Positions 34,514 through 43,903 of a DNA stretch of 43,903 bases are shown piece by piece. Position 1 is the stretch's first letter, and each line of letters opens with the position of its first letter. Position numbers and translations under genes: made by a program. The notes beneath the pieces are model-generated. The model saw only the letters and a list, made by a program, of their open reading frames with translations, was not told the origin of the DNA and ran no database searches. Origin of the DNA: an uncultured Gemmatimonadaceae bacterium (GTDB lineage Bacteria > Gemmatimonadota > Gemmatimonadetes > Gemmatimonadales > Gemmatimonadaceae); contig CAWGJO010000018.1 in NCBI GenBank assembly GCA_963822945.1, forward strand, positions 1-43,903, given 5' to 3'.

Positions 34514-36327
34514 CTACTCGTCCGTCGCCGCCTCCACGCCCAGTTCGCCGGTCTCCAGGCTCCGCTCGGCGATCGCGTTGACGCGGTCGTCCTGATTGCG
34601 CCGCAACGCGCGGATGTTGCGCCGCGCCCGCCGGTACGCCATCGGCACGAAGATCCGCGCGATGTCGAGGTGCGGCTGCACCGCGTCCGCCTCCGCATGA
34701 CCGCCCATGCGCTCGATCTCCCACGTGGTGCGCGAGAGCACCGCGGTGGCGAGAAAGATGTCCATCGCCGCATTCGCCATCCGCTCCTGCAGGTACTGCT
34801 TGTCGATCACCTTCTTGCCGTACTTCATGATCACGCTCTCGACCGCGAGCGCGAGGTTGTGCACCGCCTCGGCGATGAGGTCGGCTTCGTCGGCGAGGGC
34901 CGGATGCACTTTCGTGAAACTCGGCTTCGTGATCTGCCGCTTGGCACGGTCGGTGAGATAGTGGCTGATGGCGCCGATGGAATGCAGCGGGTCCTTGAAC
35001 GCCTTGCCCAACTCCTTGAGCTTCTCGCCCGGCTGCTGCAGCCCCATGAGCGCGATCAACGCGCGCAGGATCTCGTTGGTGCCCTCGAAGATCAGATTGA
35101 TGCGCGAATCGCGCACCGCCTGCTCGTACGGGAACTCCTTGGAGTAGCCGATGCCGCCGGCGATCTGCATCGCGTCGTTCGACGCGCGATACGCCAACTC
35201 GCTGGCGTACACCTTGCATGCGGCCGTCTCCAGCGAGAAATCGATCCCGCCGCGGTCCATCATCCCGCTCGCCAGCTGCACCGCCGCGTCGGCCGCGTAC
35301 ACCTCCACCGCGTTGGTGGCGATCTTCTTGCGGATCATCTCGAACGATCCGATGGACTTGCCGAACTGCTGCCGCTCGTTGGCGTACTTGATGGCCTCAC
35401 GCATGATGCGCCGCGCGCCGCGCGCCGAGCCGGCGGCCAGCCCGAGGCGGCCGGAGTTCAGCACCTCGAGCGCCACGTGGAACCCCTGCCCCACGTCGCC
35501 CAGGCGGTCGTCCACCGGCACCTTCACGTTCTCGAAGAACACCGCCCGCGTGTCGCTGGCCTTGATGCCCATCTTCGCTTCGAGCTGCCCCAGCCGCACC
35601 CCGGGCGCGTGGGCGTCGACGATGAACGCCGTCACCCGCTGCTTCTGCTTGCCGTCGATCTCCACCGCCACCTTGGCGAACACCGTGAAGATGTCGGCGT
35701 AGCCGGCGTTGGAAATCCAGATCTTCTGCCCGTTGAGCACGTAGTGCGTGCCGTCGGCGCTCAACTCGGCTGCCGACTTCATGGCCTGCGCGTCGGACCC
35801 CGATCCCGGTTCGGTGAGACAGAACCCGGCCACGTATTCGCCCGTGGCGCACTTGGGCAGGTACTTCTGCTTCTGCGCCTCGGTGCCGAACAGCACGATG
35901 CCCTTGCACCCGATGGACTGGTGCGCGCCGAAGTAGACGGTGAGCGCGGGGTCGGTGCCGCCGAGCTCGCCGAAGATGCGGTTGTACACCTTCGCCGTGG
36001 CACCGAAGCCGCCGTACGCCTCCGGAATGCTCAACCCCATCAGCCCCAACTCGTGCAGCCCGAACCGCACCTCGTCGGGGAAGCGGCTGTCGTGGTCGAA
36101 CTTCGCGGAGTCGATGTGGTCGGCGGCGAACGCGCGGAACGCATCCAGGATCGCGGTCAACGACTCGTGTTCGTCCGCGCTCAGCGCCGGAAACGGGAAC
36201 ACCAGGTCTTCCAGGATCTCGCCGAGGAACACGCCGCGCGTGAACGACGGATTGACGTCGGGCGCGGCGAGGTGCGGCTCGGCGGGTGCCCGGCCTTGCT
36301 GGCGGTGGGTGCCGAGGTGGCAGTCAT
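34514..36327 (-). CDS. Acyl-CoA dehydrogenase (ACAD9/VLCAD-like long form); probable frameshift near the start
   Basis: GGAG RBS before ATG 36327. GAHQSIGCKG, FCLTEPGSGSDA, LNGQKIWISNAG, KMGIKAS, LNSGR, RQQFG, RINLIFEGTNEILR. Confidence 0.92.
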
Positions 36328-36552
36328 GCGTTTCTCCCCCGATGAATGGCGGTCTGTCAGTGCCCTGTAGCATCGCTGGAAGAGCCCACCCGGCGCAATC
36401 GGAGAAACCGCACGGACTCCGCGGGGAGCGCCCCGCGTGCCCTGGCCCGGCCCCTGAGCGGGCGATATCCTAAGTGGCACCCCTCCTCCGTGCTTGAGAG
36501 GCTCTAACTGCTCGTCGCCGTCCGATCGAAGCCGACCCCCCGCGTCCGAATC

Positions 36553-39500
36553 GTGGCCGCCGTGTGCTGCGCCCTGGCAACAACAGCCGGGGCCCAGACC
36601 CGGGCCAACGGACGCAACTTCCCGTCGGCCCGCGACCAGGGCCCGGTGCACGAAGCCTGGTATCAACGCGATCTGGAGCCGGGGGCCCAGATCCTCGGGG
36701 CCGTGCAGGCCAACGACGGCTACCTCTGGCTGGCCACCTCGGCCGGCCTGCTCCGTTTCGACGGGGCCCGGGCCACGCGCGTGCGGACACCGGCGCTCGA
36801 TTCGCTGACCGGTCCGTACGTGATGAGCGTGGTCAAAGCTCGGGACGGCGCCATCTGGGCCGCCACGCGGCGGCGGGGGCTCTTCCGCATCGCCGGCGGC
36901 ACGACCACGCACTGGACCACCGAGCAGGGCCTCCCCGGGATCAGGTCAACTCCCTGTTCGAGGACTCCACCGGTACCATGTGGGTGGGCACCGAAACCGG
37001 ACTCTGCCGTATCGTCGGGGCACGGTGCCAGTCCGTGGGCCAGCACGGATTCCGTGCGCTCGCCGTCGGTGCAGGGTGGGACGGAGGGCTGCTGGTGGGG
37101 AGTTACGGCCTCTTCCAGCTGCGCGGCGACTCGCTGGTTCCGGTGCCGGTGCTCGAGCCGTCGCTCTATCGGATCACGCGCATCACACAGGGCGTCGGGC
37201 ACACGGTCTGGGTGTCCACGGTGGCCGGCCTCGTAGAACTGCAGCCGCCGGCCACCGCCGGGGCACCGCCCCGCACGCGCATCTTCACGACGCGCGATGG
37301 ACTCCCATCCAACTACGTGCTCGGCACCCTGGCCGGTCCGGGCGACACGCTGTGGGTGGGCACGCTCGGCGGCGGGCTGGCCGTGCGCACGGGCAACCGG
37401 TTTCTGGTCATCGACGCGCGGGACGGGCTCACGGACGATCGGGTGAATGCCCTCACGCGCGATCGCGACGGCAACGTCTGGGCGTCGACGAGCGGGGACT
37501 CGACCGCTTTCACGATCGCGCCATCACCACCTTCACGCCGGCTGACGGCCTTCCCGATCCGCTGGTCTGGGGCGTGGCGGGCGACGCCCACGGCACCGTG
37601 TGGCTCACCACGAACGCCGGCGGCATCACCCGGTACGCCGACGGGCGGTTCACCACGTGGCGCGACGATCCGCTCATCACGTCCAGCCAGATCAGCGTCA
37701 TCGCGCCGGTGGCCGACGGATCCGTCTGGCTCGGCATCCGCCCCGCCACCCTGGCGCGATTCCGCAACGGACGCGTCGAGGACTGGACCAACCGGCCGGG
37801 CGCGCCGCGCGGGGGCGTGGTCGCGATCACGCAGACTCCGAACGGTGACATCTACTTCGCGGGGCCGCTGGGGCTGGTGCGCCTGCGCGGGGGAGTGTTC
37901 AGCCGCGTCGCCCTGCCGGGGGACTCGGCGGCGCGCGCCCTGCGGGTGCTCGGGTCCGATGCCAACGGCACGGTCTGGGCGGCGGGCAACTCGTTGTACC
38001 GCGTGCGCGGGGGGCGGGCGCAGTTCGTGAGCGCCCCGGACGCCTTTGCCCAGGCCACGGTCGTCGCGCTGCTGCCCGACAGCGGACGGGTGTGGATCAG
38101 CACCGACGGGGACGGCCTCTACCTGATGGAGGACGGGCGCGTGAGTGCGGTGGGACGCCCCGGCGGCGCGCTGCTCAACGATGCCTTCACGCTTCTCGGC
38201 GACGGCCGGGGGAGCCTCTGGCTGGCGTCGTCGTTCGGGCTCGAACGCGCGGAGAAGCGCGAACTGATCTCGGCTGCCGAGGGCCAGGTGGTCAATCCCC
38301 CGGTGCGCCGGTTCGACAAGACCGATGGCCTGCTGAGCACCGAGTTCAACAGCGCGGGAGGCTCTTCGGGCTGGCGTGGCCCCGACGGCCGCCTCTGGCT
38401 GCCGGGCGCCGACGGCCTGGTGGTCGTCCGGCCCGCCATCGTTCGGGCCCCCACCGTGCCGCCCCCGGTGCGAGTCGAGTCGGTGGTGGCCGACGGGCGG
38501 CCGCTTCCACTCATCGGCACGGTCGACCTCCCGAAAGGCACCCGACAGATCGCCATCGACTTCACGTCGCTGTGGTTCCGCGCCCCGCGCCAGATCGAGT
38601 TCCGGTACCGCCTGGTCGGACTCGACAGTATGTGGCAGTACGCCGGCACCCGACGGCAGGCCTTCTATTCGAGTCTTCCCGGCGGTACCTATACCTTTCA
38701 GGTATCGGCCCGCGACGAGGCGGGCAACTGGAATCGGGACCCGGCGGTTGTCACGCTGCGCGCCGTGCCGCCGATCCTTCGTACCCGCTGGTTCGTGGCG
38801 CTCGTGGCGCTGGCGGTCGCAGCCGCCACGGGTGGTGCCGTATCGCTTCGGGGGCGCGCCGTACGCCGGCAGGCACGACGCCTGGAGGCGCAGGTGGCCG
38901 ACCGGACGCGCGATCTCGAGGAGGAAGTCGCCATTCGCCAACATCCGAAACCGAGCTCCGCGAGGCGCACGATCATCTGGAGCGCCGCGTCATCGAGCGC
39001 ACGGCCGATCTGGGGCGCGCGAACCAGGAACTGCGCCTGAACCAGGAACGTCTCGGCCTGCTGCTGCGGCAACTCCCGGCGGTGGTCTGGTCCAGCGACC
39101 AGGCGCAGCAGATCACCACCGCCGTGGGCTCGGGCATCGGCGTCATCGGCCTCACGCCCGACGAACTCATCGGCCGCCGGTTCGACGAGGTCTTCGACGA
39201 CCGGGACCTGAGCCGCGGGCTGCAACTCGCGCATCATCGCGCCATGCGGGGCGATCCGACGCAGGAACGCGGCGAGTACCGCGACCGCACGTTCGAGTGG
39301 CGCGTGGAGCCGGTGCGCGACACAGCGGGGCGCATCACGGGGACGGTCGGCCTCGCCCTCGACATCACCGACCAGGCGCACCTGCGCGAGCAGATGATCC
39401 AGACGCAGAAGATGGACAGCATCGGCCGCATGGCCGGCGGCATCGCCCACGACCTCAACAATCTGCTCACCGCCGTGCTCGGATTCGTCGACCTCAGCGA

Positions 39501-40533
39501 GCGGTCGCAGTCGCACGACGATCTGATGCGCAACCTCGAAGAGATTCGCTTTGCCTCCGACCGTGCCGCCTCGCTCACGCGGCAGCTGCTCACCTTCGCG
39601 CGCCGCCAGAAGACGAGCGTGCGGCCGGTCGCCCTCAACGACGTCGTGCACTCCATGCAAGGATTGCTCCGCCGGCTGCTCGGGCACGAAGTCCAGTTGA
39701 TCACCGAGCCGGCCCCCTCCCTGCCCCCAGTGCTCGCCGACCCCAATCAGATCGAACAGGTGATCGTCAATCTCACCGTCAACGCGCGCGACGCGATGCC
39801 CGAGGGCGGAACGCTGACCATCACGACGGACACGCAGCAGGTGACGCGGCCGCAGGGCGACCTGGCGCCGGGCACCTACGTCCGGCTCCGCGTGCGCGAC
39901 TCCGGCGTCGGCATGAGCGAGGAGGTGAAGGCCCGCGTGTTCGAGCCCTTCTTCACCACGAAGGAACTCGGAAAGGGCACCGGGCTCGGCCTCGCCACCA
40001 GCTTCGGCATCGTGAGCGAATTCCATGGCGCCATCGAGATCGAGAGCGCTCCGGGGCGTGGCACGACGGTGAACGTGTACCTGCCGGCGCAGGCTGCCGC
40101 GGCGCCCGACACCGCCCCGGCCGCCACCGGCCCGGGTCCCGCCACCGGCTCCGAGACCATTCTCCTCGTCGACGACGAGACGCAGGTCCGCGCATTGACG
40201 GAGCGTGCCCTCGTCTCGTTCGGGTATCGTGTGCTCTCGGCGTGCGACGGGGTGGATGCCCTGGACGTAGCGGCCGCACACGACGGCCCCATCCACCTCC
40301 TGCTCACGGACGTCCGCATGCCGCGCATGGGCGGGCTCGAACTCGCGGCCAAGCTGATGACGCTGCGCCCCGAGCTGCGGGTGCTGCTGATGTCGGGGTA
40401 CGTCGACGTCAAGGCGCCGCCCGACGCCCCCCATCTCGACGATGCCCCGCGCATGATGAAGCCGTTCCGCGTGAACGAACTCGCCCAGCGCGTGCGCGAA
40501 ATGCTCGACGGGCGGCCGCCGTTCGGTAACTGA
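36553..40533 (+). CDS. Hybrid sensor kinase: periplasmic Reg_prop beta-propellers, Y_Y_Y, TM, PAS, HisKA, HATPase, REC; frameshifted, start approximate
   Basis: Repeated DG.LW / GLP...V motifs, FRYRLVGLD...YSSLPGGTYTFQV, AGGIAHDLNNLL, NLTVNARDAM, FFTTK..GKGTGLGL, LLVDDE...LLTDVRMP. Confidence 0.9.
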
Positions 40534-40550
40534 ACAACGGCCGCCCGTCG
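40506..40550. terminator. Hairpin spanning the kinase stop, between convergent genes
   Basis: CGACGGGCGGCCG (40506-40518) and CGGCCGCCCGTCG (40538-40550) form a perfect 13-bp inverted repeat. Confidence 0.55.
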
Positions 40551-40574
40551 GCGGCCCGCATCACCCGCCGGCGG

Positions 40575-42100
40575 CTAGTTGCTGCCGTGCCCGCCGCGCT
40601 GGTGTGCCGAACACGATCCGGCGTGAACCGACGGACGCGAGGACGAAGCCCGCGGGGGCGCCGAACACACGTGCGGCTGCGGCGCACTCCGCGGAGCGGT
40701 GTAGCGCGGCTGTACGTGCGGCGCACTGCGTGGAGCCGTGTAGCGCGGCTGTACGCGCGGTTCACTGCGCGGAGCCGTGTACCGCGGCTGCACGCGCGGT
40801 TCGCTGCGCGGGGCCGTGTACCGCGGCTGTACGCGCGGTTCGCTGCGCGGGCCGTGTACCGCGGCTGTACGCGCGGTTCCTGCGCGGGGCCGTGTACCGC
40901 GGCTGCACGCGTGGTTCACTGCGCGGGCCGTATAGCGCGGCTGCACCCGAGCCGGGCTCTGCGGCGCCCGATACACCGGACCGCTCCGACGCCAGTTCAC
41001 CGCCGGCGACGGCCGCTGCGCCGTGGCGCCCCGCGGAGTCGCGGTGCGGGTCTGGCCCTGCGACGCCAGCCCGGCGCCATGCGGCGCTGGCCCTGCGTGT
41101 TCTGCGGCATCACCCGTACGTGTGCGTCGGTCTGCACCTGCCGCGGCTGACGATATCCGCTGCCGGCCGACACCACACCGTGGCCATCGCGTGGCACCGC
41201 GTAGCGGCCCGCGTTGTGGTCCATGTGGTTCACGTAGTCCACCCGGTGCGCGCCGATGCCGCTGTACACGCGAATGTGGCCGTAGTCGGGATGACGATAG
41301 ATGACGTCATGGCCATACCGCACGTGGCGGTAGTCGCCGTTGGCGTACACGCCGATGGTCCGGATGTAGGGCCGCGAGCGTCGCCGCCACCCATCACCGT
41401 CCCAATCGGTGTACACGATCCGCCACGCCGGCCAATCCCAGTCGTACATCAACCACGAACCGATCGGATAGCCGATGCCGAAGCTGAAGTACGCGCCAAA
41501 ACCAGGGCGCCCGAAGATGGGCCTGCTATAGATGATCGACGGATCGTACACCGGCACGTAGATGTACTGCGGCTGCGCCGGCCAGATGCTCACGTACCCG
41601 GCGTTGGCCACCACCTGCTGCTGCGGCGTCGACTCCAGATTGCCCTGCGCCTGCGCCAACTGGCGCATATGCTGCACCGACTGCATCACGTCGGTGGACT
41701 GCTGCGCATACGCCTGGCCGAGCGACGTGGTCCAGTCGAGCTGCGAATCCATCATGTTGAGGACCGTGGGATAGTGCGCCACGGCCTTCACACTCACGTC
41801 CCAGTACTGGTCGTCGACCCCGTTGACGCCGTTGGCGCGCACGTACTGCGCCGCTTCGGCAATCTGGTCGGGGAACGTCGACGCCAGCAGTACCTGCGCC
41901 AGCAGAGGATCCGGATACAGCGCCACCGGCGCCACCAGATTGTCCAACTGGTCGGCGGTGAACGGCACCACGGATGCGGCCGCCATCGGCTGCTGAGGAT
42001 CCTGCAGCATCAGGGCGGAGGCCGCCGGCGCTGCAACAGCCGTCAGCATCAGCGCCAGGGAGGCACTGAGCCCGAACGAAACTGCAAAGGTTTTGCGCAT
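40575..42100 (-). CDS. Secreted DUF3300 domain protein with repetitive Arg/Pro-rich tail, frameshifted near 41030
   Basis: GGAGG RBS and signal peptide. QLDNLVAPVALYPDPLLAQVLLASTFP, WDVSVKA, WTTSLGQAY, GNLESTPQQQV, IYVPVYDP. The tail continues in ORF 40575..41000. Confidence 0.88.
40681..40950 (-). repeat. Seven tandem 39-bp coding repeats (13 aa, RVQPRYTAPRSEP)
   Basis: Units start at 40681, 40720, 40759, 40798, 40837, 40875 and 40913. The last three are 38 bp (single deletions). Substitutions are mostly synonymous in the minus-strand frame. Confidence 0.9.
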
Positions 42101-42297
42101 GGACACCTCCTGCCCGTGTTCAATAGAACCCTACCCATTGTGACCCGTCCTGTCCAGGTGGGCCACGGATTTGTATACACCGTCGCAACTGAAAGTTTCA
42201 CTGTCAGTTACGTGACAGCTTAAGGGTCTACAAACCCGGGCTCGGCGGAGTTAACCGCGCATGCCGGGACACGAGTCCGAGGCCTGCCGGAACCCTC

Positions 42298-42918
42298 TCA
42301 TCGGCGCCCCAGCGAGTAGACGTACGCCGCCACCGCGCACACCTGCGCGTTGGACAGCAGCGCGCCCCCCAACGGCGGCATCGGCGTGGCGTGCGCCTTG
42401 GGAGACGGCACGCCGACGCGCACCAGATTGGCGATCGCCGCATACGACCCATCGATGTCGAGCCAGGTGGGGTCGGTGAGATCGGGCGCCAGCACCGTGC
42501 CCCGGGCGTTCGCCCCGTGGCAGGCAAAGCAGTTGCCCGTCGCGCTGAACACCGTGCGCCCCCGATCGACCATCGCCTGATTCACCGGCGGACAGTCGGC
42601 CGCGGAGTCGGTGCGCAGCGCGTGCGCGGTCGGCGCCGCGCTCGTGTCGGCAGTCGTGTCCCCGCTCATCGGGCCCATCATCGAACCGCCGCGCATCATC
42701 CCGGCCATCGATCCCCGCCTCCCGCCGCCGGCCATCATCCCGGTCATGCCGGAGCGCGCGCTCGCCGCGGAATCCCCCCCCGGTTGCAGCGAGTCGGGCG
42801 CAACCGCCGCACCGGGCGCGCCCGCGGTCACCGCCGCCGTCGAGGCGGCCCCCGTGCGTGGTGGGGACCCGCTGCACGCCGCCGCGACCGCGGCGATCAG
42901 GAACATCTGGCGTCTCAT
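42298..42918 (-). CDS. Lipoprotein monoheme c-type cytochrome with Met/Gly-rich linker
   Basis: Lipobox AAAC, heme motif CFACHG, LAPDLTDPTW, axial-Met candidate PMPP, VAAYVYSL. Confidence 0.88.
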   Translation of the reverse strand: MRRQMFLIAAVAAACSGSPPRTGAASTAAVTAGAPGAAVAPDSLQPGGDSAASARSGMTGMMAGGGRRGSMAGMMRGGSMMGPMSGDTTADTSAAPTAHALRTDSAADCPPVNQAMVDRGRTVFSATGNCFACHGANARGTVLAPDLTDPTWLDIDGSYAAIANLVRVGVPSPKAHATPMPPLGGALLSNAQVCAVAAYVYSLGRR

Positions 42919-43085
42919 CCTGCCTGCCTCCCTCCCGGCAATGGTGGGGAAACTCGCCACACTCGGTCAGGAGGTTCTCCTGACAGTACCGGTGCTCCCC
43001 GAATCGTAGCATGTAGACGATGATGCCGGCGATCGGCTCCGCGCGAAGAATACGTATGGACCGGCGCCGCTACACGGGAGGACGG

Positions 43086-43712
43086 ATGTCCAGGGGACGC
43101 ATTTTGATCGTGTACGGAACCCGCTACGGGCAGACCGCGCGCATCGCGGCGCGCATCCGGCACTTGCTCCTGGCCCGTGACTACGACGTCACGCTGATGC
43201 AGGGCAACGAGTTGCCGCGGGACCTCTGTCCATCGCAGTACGACGCCACGGTGGTCGGCGCGTCCATGATCGGCGGGCACTATCAGAAGTACGTCCGCAC
43301 CTTCGTGCGGCGCCACGTCTGGGTCCTCAACCGAATCCCGACTGCCTTCTTCGCCGTCAGCGGCGCGGCCGGGAGCCGGAACCCGCTCGACCGCGAAGAG
43401 GCCCACCGGCGGATGGAGCGGTTCTGCGAGGAGTCCGGGTGGCATCCGCAGCTCTGGCTCTCGGTGGCCGGCGCCATCGCCTACACCAAGTACAACGTCG
43501 TCACCCGGTGGGTCATGAGGCGGATCAGCCGCAAGGAAGGCGGATCCACCGATACGTCCCGCGATCACGAATACACCGACTGGACGCAGGTCGATCAGTT
43601 CGCCGACCGGTTCGCCGACCGGATGGACGAATGGACCCGGCGAACCCACGTCGAGCCCCCAGCCGCCGCCGAGGCCGCCGCGCCGGCCGAACGGCATCTG
43701 GAGCTCGTCTAG
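43086..43712 (+). CDS. hemG: Flavodoxin-fold protoporphyrinogen oxidase (HemG-like)
   Basis: GGAGG RBS, IVYGTRYGQTARIA, VVGAS...GHY, AFFAVS, VAGAIAYTKY, TDTSRDHEYTDWTQV. Confidence 0.85.
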   Translation: MSRGRILIVYGTRYGQTARIAARIRHLLLARDYDVTLMQGNELPRDLCPSQYDATVVGASMIGGHYQKYVRTFVRRHVWVLNRIPTAFFAVSGAAGSRNPLDREEAHRRMERFCEESGWHPQLWLSVAGAIAYTKYNVVTRWVMRRISRKEGGSTDTSRDHEYTDWTQVDQFADRFADRMDEWTRRTHVEPPAAAEAAAPAERHLELV

Positions 43713-43745
43713 CCTCGCGGCCGGGCGCGTTATCCGCCAGACTTC

Positions 43746-43779
43746 ACGCGGGGCGGGAGCGTCGGCTCCCGCCCCGCGT
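43746..43779 (+). terminator. Perfect 15-bp hairpin after hemG
   Basis: ACGCGGGGCGGGAGC-GTCG-GCTCCCGCCCCGCGT, with no strong U-tract. Confidence 0.6.
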
Positions 43780-43840
43780 CTCGCGTGGGCCGTCCCCGCC
43801 GCGCCGGATTCCCAAATTCTCCTCTCAATTCGGACCTCCG

Positions 43841-43903
43841 ATGATTCACACCATCATAGAGCCCTTCCGCATCAAGACCGTGGAGCCCATCCGCATGAGC
43901 ACC
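43841..43903 (+). CDS. 5' fragment of tryptophanase / tyrosine phenol-lyase family gene
   Basis: Absent from the ORF track. Translates MIHTIIEPFRIKTVEPIRMST, the EPFRIKxVEP N-terminal signature of TnaA/Tpl beta-eliminating lyases. Confidence 0.8.
   Translation, partial: MIHTIIEPFRIKTVEPIRMST

Noticed and set aside
28842..36370. Long plus-strand ORFs (685, 433, 493 and 566 aa)
   Set aside because: Antisense shadows typical of high-GC DNA, lying opposite well-supported minus-strand genes.
40681..40950. CRISPR array
   Set aside because: Units are head-to-tail with no unique spacers, have a codon-multiple period and synonymous variation, and no cas genes are present.

Overview
A GC-rich chromosomal window of about 27 protein-coding genes. 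Paired PadR/duplicated-orphan-permease loci, many secreted peptidases and a GldA/F/G-like ABC locus suggest Gemmatimonadota or an Acidobacteriota-like soil bacterium (inference). Most genes are split over 2-5 frames by single-base indels, consistent with an unpolished long-read assembly; 22.7-24.6 kb is especially degraded. In order: partial aeRF1/Pelota-like (baeRF) gene missed by the ORF track; secreted S9 peptidase; FtsH paralog coupled to a PolX-N-terminal/HhH protein with no polymerase domain; PadR + ADOP permease; secreted M14 peptidase; TlpA-like thioredoxin; hmuTUV-like heme ABC importer; small lipoprotein; second PadR + ADOP pair; secreted M20 amidohydrolase; Tat-signal HisC-like aminotransferase; exported MsrA; hybrid PAS/GAF kinase with HPt; NTT-like MFS transporter; Tat-signal NAD(P) oxidoreductase; GldA-like ATPase + fused GldF-GldG + DUF4340; acyl-CoA dehydrogenase; beta-propeller hybrid kinase; DUF3300 protein with seven 39-bp repeats; Met-rich lipoprotein cytochrome c; HemG-like flavodoxin; start of a tryptophanase-family gene. 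No rRNA, tRNA, CRISPR array or mobile element was seen. The best candidates for under-described systems are the PadR-ADOP modules, the FtsH-HhH pair, the baeRF factor and the exported M20 + Tat-aminotransferase pair. All family calls come from motif recognition, not database searches.
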